Assembly (NCBI GenBank): GCA_963777605.1
Contig: CAVZRV010000008.1
Span: 224,001-288,000 of the forward strand
From: an uncultured Acidobacteriota bacterium
GTDB lineage: Bacteria > Acidobacteriota > UBA6911 > RPQK01 > JAPXNP01
Direction: 5' to 3'
Length of the DNA stretch: 64,000 nucleotides
In this document: piece after piece, positions 58,607-64,000 of the stretch
How positions within the stretch are numbered: the first letter of the stretch is position 1
How the letters are laid out: every line of letters starts with the position of its first letter
Notes under the pieces: generated by a model
The model's input: the letters and a program-made list of their open reading frames with translations, nothing else
Database searches by the model: none
Told to the model about the DNA's origin: nothing
Program-made: the position numbers and the translations under genes

Positions 58607-58753
58607 GATTTCTTCCCCCAAGTCCGGATTCAAATAGTGGCCGGCTGACGCGCTTTGCCTGGGATGATATGTCTTTGCGTTGAGGCGGGGCAAGCCGCCG
58701 GGTTTCATTACGCTGGCGATCCTCTACAATAGCTTTCGGCAAGGAGGAGTGTC

Positions 58754-60313
58754 ATGCGGGAACGTCTAATTTTCATCGTAGTTTTGCTGCTTTCATTCAG
58801 CTCGGGCCTGGCCTTCACCCCGGGTCCAGGCGAAATCAAGGTGTTGATCATCGACGGGCAGAACAATCACCAGTGGCAGGTGACGACACCGGTAATCAAG
58901 GACATCCTGGAGAATACCGGCAGGTTCGTGGTCAACATCATGACTACTCCTTCGGCCGGTGTCGCCACTTCCAATTTCAACCCGGATTTCGATTCCTATG
59001 ACGTGGTGCTGAGCAACTACAACGGGGAGGCTTGGCCGGCAGGCATCCGGGAGGCATTCGAACGATTTGTTCGAAACGGAGGTGGGTTCGTTGTCTATCA
59101 TGCAGCCGACAATTCCTTCCCGGACTGGCCCGAATACAACCGGATGATCGGACTCGGCGGGTGGGGCGGCCGAAACGAGAAAGACGGCCCCTACATTCGT
59201 TGGCGGGACGGGAAAGTGGTCCGGGACAACTCTCCAGGGCCGGGCGGTTCCCACGGGCAGCGTCACGAGTACGTCATTGAAAACCGGGATCCCGGGCATC
59301 CGATCATGAATGGCCTCCCGGCCAAATGGCTCCACTCCCGTGACGAACTTTACGATCGCCTGAGGGGACCGGCCGAAAATCTCGAGGTCCTCGCCACGGC
59401 GTACTCGGACCCGGACACGGGAGGCACGGGTCAGGAAGAACCCATTCTCATGACGATTCGGTACGGGAAGGGACGAGTTTTTCACACCGTCCTGGGCGAC
59501 AACATCCTTCCGCTGGCCAACGTCGGCTTTCAGGCAACCCTGGCTCGAGGGACCGAATGGGCGGCGACCGGCCGAGTTACTATCCCGGTGCCAAGGCAGT
59601 TTCCGAATGCCACCAGGATCGTCAACCGTGACGCCGCGACGCCCTACCTGCGGGATGCCGTCGATTGGAGACCGCTTTTCAACGGGAAAGATCTGACCGG
59701 CTGGAAGCAGGTCAACGGAACTGCACAATACAAGGTGATCGGGGAAGAAGGTGTCCTCGTGGGGACGACCGCCAAAGGAAGCCCGAACTCGTTTCTTGCC
59801 ACCGAGCACGAGTTTGGGGACTTTGAACTGCGGTTCGAAGTGAAGCTGGACAACCCTGAGTTGAATTCAGGAATCCAGCTGCGCAGTCACCAGTACGACT
59901 CGGAGCGTGAGGTCAACGCTGGTGGCCAGAAGTTCCGCGTGCCCAAGGGACGGGTATACGGGTATCAGGTCGAGATCGAAGCGGCGGCCGACCCCCGTTA
60001 CCCTGACGCCGATTTTGGGGATGCCGGATGGATCTACGACGAAGCCCGGCGCGGCTGGCTCTTCGACGACGCCCAGCGAAGCGACACTCTCAAGCGATCT
60101 GCCTTCATCAACGATCACTGGAACCAGTACTTCATTCGATGCCTTGGGGGCCGAATTGAGACCTGGATTAACGGAATCAAGATCGCCAATCTCAACGACG
60201 ACATGGACCGGCGCGGTCGAATCATGCTGCAGGTGCACATGGTCCCGGACGACCAGGGGCCCTGGAGTGTTCGGTGGCGCAACATCCAGATTCGGGAACT
60301 GGACTCGGAGTAG
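58754..60313 (+). CDS. Secreted ThuA-like domain plus DUF1080 (3-keto-glycoside hydrolase family) fusion
   Basis: Signal peptide; [33 protein letters not shown]; then [41 protein letters not shown]. Confidence 0.88.
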   Translation: MRERLIFIVVLLLSFSSGLAFTPGPGEIKVLIIDGQNNHQWQVTTPVIKDILENTGRFVVNIMTTPSAGVATSNFNPDFDSYDVVLSNYNGEAWPAGIREAFERFVRNGGGFVVYHAADNSFPDWPEYNRMIGLGGWGGRNEKDGPYIRWRDGKVVRDNSPGPGGSHGQRHEYVIENRDPGHPIMNGLPAKWLHSRDELYDRLRGPAENLEVLATAYSDPDTGGTGQEEPILMTIRYGKGRVFHTVLGDNILPLANVGFQATLARGTEWAATGRVTIPVPRQFPNATRIVNRDAATPYLRDAVDWRPLFNGKDLTGWKQVNGTAQYKVIGEEGVLVGTTAKGSPNSFLATEHEFGDFELRFEVKLDNPELNSGIQLRSHQYDSEREVNAGGQKFRVPKGRVYGYQVEIEAAADPRYPDADFGDAGWIYDEARRGWLFDDAQRSDTLKRSAFINDHWNQYFIRCLGGRIETWINGIKIANLNDDMDRRGRIMLQVHMVPDDQGPWSVRWRNIQIRELDSE

Positions 60314-60326
60314 GAATGTGACCGCT

Positions 60327-62810
60327 ATGGGATCGGAAACGCCTCAAGAGAGACGACCCCTGGGCCAATCGAGGTTCGGGAGTGAGTCCGAGGCTTCCCT
60401 CGGGGTAAGACCGTTGAAATTGTGGTACGAGCGACCGGCAAAACAATGGACCGAAGCGCTCCCGGTCGGCAACGGACGCTTGGGGGTGATGGTCTACGGC
60501 AAGCCGCGGGAAGAGCTTCTTCAACTGAATGAAGATACCCTCTGGTCGGGAGGGCCAAAAGAGTGGAACAACCCTGAATCGCGGAAATGGCTGTCCCGGG
60601 TGCGGGAGGAAATCTTTCGCGGAAACTACCCCGAGGCCGACCGCCTCAGCCGAAACATGCAGGGTCCGTATAACCAGTCCTACCAGCCGTTGGGCGACCT
60701 GACTCTGCGGTTCGATTTCGATGGAGAGTCAGTCGACTACTACCGGGAACTCGACCTCGACAGGGGCGTGGTGCTGACTCGGTTCCGAGTGAACGGGACA
60801 ACCTTTACCCGGGAGGTTTTCGCGAGCTGCCCCGACCAGCTCGTCGTGGTCTCCCTCACCTCGGACCGTCCGGGCTCGATAGGGTTTACTGCCTCGCTTG
60901 CCAGCCCCCTTCACCACCAGGTTTCCGGTGAACCACCGCGAAGGCTGGTCCTTCGCGGCCGCGCGCCGGCCCATGTCGATCCCAACTACCTGGGAAACAC
61001 GAAAGAACCCGTTGTCTACGAACAAGGGCCGAACGGGGAAGGCATGCGCTTTACGGTCGTTCTCCAGGTTTTGAACCAGGGGGGGAGCATCAGCGTTACG
61101 GACTCAGATTTGACCGTTGAGAAGGCTGATCGGGTGGTCCTCCTGATTTCGGCGGGGACGAGTTTCAACGGCTTTCAGAAGTCGCCGGGCCGCGAGGGCA
61201 TCGACCCGGATCGGGCAGCCTTCGGCGGCCTGGAGAAAGCCGCGCCTTCGCCCTACGAACAATTGCTCGAGCGGCACCTTGCTGACTACCGCGCACTCTT
61301 CAGGCGAGTCGAGTTGAAACTGGGCGCATCGAGGGATGACTTGCCGACCGACCGGCGAGTGACTCAGTACGAGCCGTCCGCCGACCCGGGGTTGGTGGAA
61401 CTGATTGTCCAGTACGGCCGCTATCTCCTGATCTCTTCCTCCCGGCCGGGAACGCAGCCCGCGAATCTCCAGGGAATCTGGAATAATCAGATGCGTCCTC
61501 CCTGGTCCAGTAACTGGACCATGAACATCAACAGTGAGATGAACTACTGGCCCGCGGAGACCGCCAATCTTTCGGAGTGTCATCTGCCGATGCTGGATTT
61601 CATCGCCGAACTGGCAGTGAACGGGAGGGAGACCGCCCGGGTCAATTACGGCATGAATGGCTGGGTCGCACATCACAACTCCGACCTCTGGCGACAGTCG
61701 GCTCCGGTCGGCAACTACGGGTCGGGGAGCCCGACCTGGGCGAACTGGGCAATGGCCGGGATCTGGCATTCCATGGACCTCTGGGAACACTTCGTTTTCA
61801 CACAGGACCGCGACTACCTCAGGGCCCGGGCCTATCCGGTGATGAAAGGGGCCGCGGAATTCGCCCTCGACTGGCTGATGCGGGACCAGGTGGGGAACTG
61901 GGTCACCGCGCCGTCGGTTTCGACCGAGAATACCTTCCGGACGGCCGATGGCCAGGTCGCCCAGGTCAGCATGGCCTCGACCCAGGATATCGCTCTGCTC
62001 TGGGACCTCTTCACGAACTGCGTGGAGGCTTCCAGAATTCTGGGAGACGATGAAGCGTTTCGGTCACGCCTTCTGGAAACCCGGGCTCAGTTCCCTTCAT
62101 ACCGAATCGGGGCGCGCGGTCAGTTGCAGGAGTGGTTCAAGGACTTCGACGAGCCGGAACCTCACCATCGTCACTTGTCCCACCTCATTGGAGCGTACCC
62201 GGGCCGGCAGATCACGCCGCGGCGTACGCCGGCGCTGGCCGCCGCGGTCCGGCGATCTCTTGAGCTGCGCGGAGACGAGAGCACCGGCTGGTCGATGGGA
62301 TGGAAGGTCAATCTCTGGGCGCGACTTCATGACGGGGACCGGGCCCTGCGCCTGATCGATTACATGCTGCGCCTTGTCGGCACCAATGAGACCAATTACA
62401 CGGGCGGAGGGGGTGTCTATGCCAACCTTTTCGATGCCCACCCGCCATTCCAGATCGACGGCAACTTCGGTGTGACGGCCGGCGTCATCGAGATGCTCGT
62501 CCAGTCCCACGAGATCGATTCGAACGGCAGGAGTGTGCTGGGACTGCTCCCGGCACTGCCGTCGGCTTGGCCAGAGGGGAGTGTCAAAGGTGTCCGGGCG
62601 CGTGGCGGGTTCGAAGTCAGCCTTGGCTGGGATGACGGCAAACTCTCGCGGGCATCTGTGCGTTCACTGGCAGGCTGCCCCTGCAGCGTCCGGCTGGCTG
62701 ATCGCACCATCGAATTGAACCTTCAAAAGGGCGAGACCGCCCGGCTGGACGGGGCCTTGAATCGGATCGGCTCCGGCCGGGACGGATCCCGCCGGGAGCG
62801 AGACCAATGA
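60327..62810 (+). CDS. GH95 alpha-1,2-L-fucosidase
   Basis: [63 protein letters not shown]; no evident signal peptide. Confidence 0.93.
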   Translation: MGSETPQERRPLGQSRFGSESEASLGVRPLKLWYERPAKQWTEALPVGNGRLGVMVYGKPREELLQLNEDTLWSGGPKEWNNPESRKWLSRVREEIFRGNYPEADRLSRNMQGPYNQSYQPLGDLTLRFDFDGESVDYYRELDLDRGVVLTRFRVNGTTFTREVFASCPDQLVVVSLTSDRPGSIGFTASLASPLHHQVSGEPPRRLVLRGRAPAHVDPNYLGNTKEPVVYEQGPNGEGMRFTVVLQVLNQGGSISVTDSDLTVEKADRVVLLISAGTSFNGFQKSPGREGIDPDRAAFGGLEKAAPSPYEQLLERHLADYRALFRRVELKLGASRDDLPTDRRVTQYEPSADPGLVELIVQYGRYLLISSSRPGTQPANLQGIWNNQMRPPWSSNWTMNINSEMNYWPAETANLSECHLPMLDFIAELAVNGRETARVNYGMNGWVAHHNSDLWRQSAPVGNYGSGSPTWANWAMAGIWHSMDLWEHFVFTQDRDYLRARAYPVMKGAAEFALDWLMRDQVGNWVTAPSVSTENTFRTADGQVAQVSMASTQDIALLWDLFTNCVEASRILGDDEAFRSRLLETRAQFPSYRIGARGQLQEWFKDFDEPEPHHRHLSHLIGAYPGRQITPRRTPALAAAVRRSLELRGDESTGWSMGWKVNLWARLHDGDRALRLIDYMLRLVGTNETNYTGGGGVYANLFDAHPPFQIDGNFGVTAGVIEMLVQSHEIDSNGRSVLGLLPALPSAWPEGSVKGVRARGGFEVSLGWDDGKLSRASVRSLAGCPCSVRLADRTIELNLQKGETARLDGALNRIGSGRDGSRRERDQ

Positions 62811-63820
62811 AAGTCCTTTTTGTCGGAGGAACCGGCAACATATCGGCCGCCTCCAGCCTGCTGGCTTTGGAAAAGGGGATCGAACTTCACCTGCTCAACC
62901 GGGGTTTTCGCAGGCTGGACCTGCCCGGAGCCCGGTGGCACACGGCCGACATCCACGACCCTGAACAGGTCCGAAGTGTGCTCAAGGACCAGTATTACGA
63001 TGCCGTCGTCAACTGGATCGCCTTTGAACCGTCGGACATCCAGCGCGACATCGACCTCTTCCGCGACCGGACCGATCAGTACGTTTTCATCAGCAGCACG
63101 GCCGCCTATCAGAGGCCGCCGAGCCACCCGGTGATCACTGAATCGACTCCGCTCCACAACCCGCGGTGGAAGTACGCCCAGAACAAGATTGCCTGCGAGG
63201 AGCAGCTCAATAACGCCTATCGGGAAGGGCAGATCCCCATGACGATCGTCCGACCATCCCTCACCTACGACACGGTGATCCCCATTCCGATCGGCGGCTG
63301 GGACAACTACACCATCATCGACCGGATGAAGCGGGGGGAAAAGGTGGTTGTTCACGGGGACGGAACCTCGCTCTGGACGATCACTCACTCGGAAGACTTC
63401 GCCAAGGGGTTTGTCGGGCTCCTCGGGCACCAGCAGGCAATTGGGCACGCCTTTCACATCACCTCCGACGAACTGTTGACCTGGAACCAGATTTACCAGG
63501 CCGTCGCCGCGGCGGCCGGAGTGGAGGCGAAAATCGTCCATGTTCCTTCCGACCTGATCGCCCTGATCGACTCCGATCGGGGAGACAGCCTGCTCGGCGA
63601 CAAGTCGCACAGCGTGCTGTTCGACAACAGCAAGATCAAGCGGTTCGTGCCCGAATACAAGGCTACGATTCCCTTCAAAGAGGGAATCCGGAGGACCGTC
63701 AAGTGGTTCGAAGCCGACCCGGCCCGGATGAGGGTTCTTCCCGAGAAGAACGCCCAAATCGATCGCATACTGGCGGTCTATGAGCCATTTTTTGAGAGGG
63801 TCGCCGCGGAAGCAGTCTGA
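62807..63820 (+). CDS. NAD-dependent epimerase/dehydratase (extended SDR)
   Basis: GGTGNIS, FISS, YAQNK (YxxxK), IVRPS; ATGA overlap with GH95. Confidence 0.9.
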   Translation: MKVLFVGGTGNISAASSLLALEKGIELHLLNRGFRRLDLPGARWHTADIHDPEQVRSVLKDQYYDAVVNWIAFEPSDIQRDIDLFRDRTDQYVFISSTAAYQRPPSHPVITESTPLHNPRWKYAQNKIACEEQLNNAYREGQIPMTIVRPSLTYDTVIPIPIGGWDNYTIIDRMKRGEKVVVHGDGTSLWTITHSEDFAKGFVGLLGHQQAIGHAFHITSDELLTWNQIYQAVAAAAGVEAKIVHVPSDLIALIDSDRGDSLLGDKSHSVLFDNSKIKRFVPEYKATIPFKEGIRRTVKWFEADPARMRVLPEKNAQIDRILAVYEPFFERVAAEAV

Positions 63821-63855
63821 GTCGGTGTCGGAAGGGTCGGACCTGAACCTCCATC

Positions 63856-64000
63856 CCTGGATGACTGCAGTGTAATCCAGGCAGCCGTGCCTGGGATGTC
63901 GCCCGGGCAGCTTGCCCGGCTGAAGTGAAAAGGGGGTCAATCCAGCATTCTCGGTTTTCGGTTCGACCCGAAACAGCCCGCCACCGGAATTGAATCGCAC
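63856..64000. repeat. Structured intergenic repeat, copy B (runs to the window edge)
   Basis: Homologous to 50985-51113, same orientation. Confidence 0.85.

Noticed and set aside
1-64000. CRISPR arrays, rRNA, intact tRNA, transposases, prophage or defence genes
   Set aside because: No regularly spaced repeat-spacer pattern, cloverleaf or relevant protein motifs were seen on reading; tRNAscan-SE, CRISPR finders and DefenseFinder were not run.

Overview
GC-rich bacterial chromosomal window, probably Acidobacteriota. This is inferred from the Oar-type TonB receptor with an N-terminal carboxypeptidase-regulatory-like domain and a protein carrying FAQFADG repeat domains. It holds about 46 protein genes and no rRNA, intact tRNA, CRISPR array or transposase. 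Most genes serve glycan foraging and transport: GH29, GH151-like and GH95 fucosidases, a GH50-like lipoprotein, a ThuA-DUF1080 fusion, two SSS symporters, an ABC exporter and a TolC-EmrAB pump. The stand-out is a tightly coupled 16.4-kb operon (12734-29167): korA-korB-[pseudo-PFOR 1 with a tethered ferredoxin]-rnfB-[pseudo-PFOR 2, split by a one-base frameshift]-rnfCDGEA-[small Cys-rich membrane peptide, NqrM-like]. Both large PFOR-fold proteins have lost the substrate, TPP and proximal-cluster motifs but keep ferredoxin-type Fe-S motifs and coiled-coil tails. That suggests an uncharacterised scaffold or electron wire coupling a 2-oxoacid:ferredoxin oxidoreductase to Rnf. The intergenic DNA also holds an IS630-like MITE whose CTAG ends carry the stop codons of both flanking genes, a solo end of the same family, a 303-bp element with long inverted ends, and two copies of a structured repeat of about 130 bp. 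All family calls come from motif recognition by eye; no searches were run.
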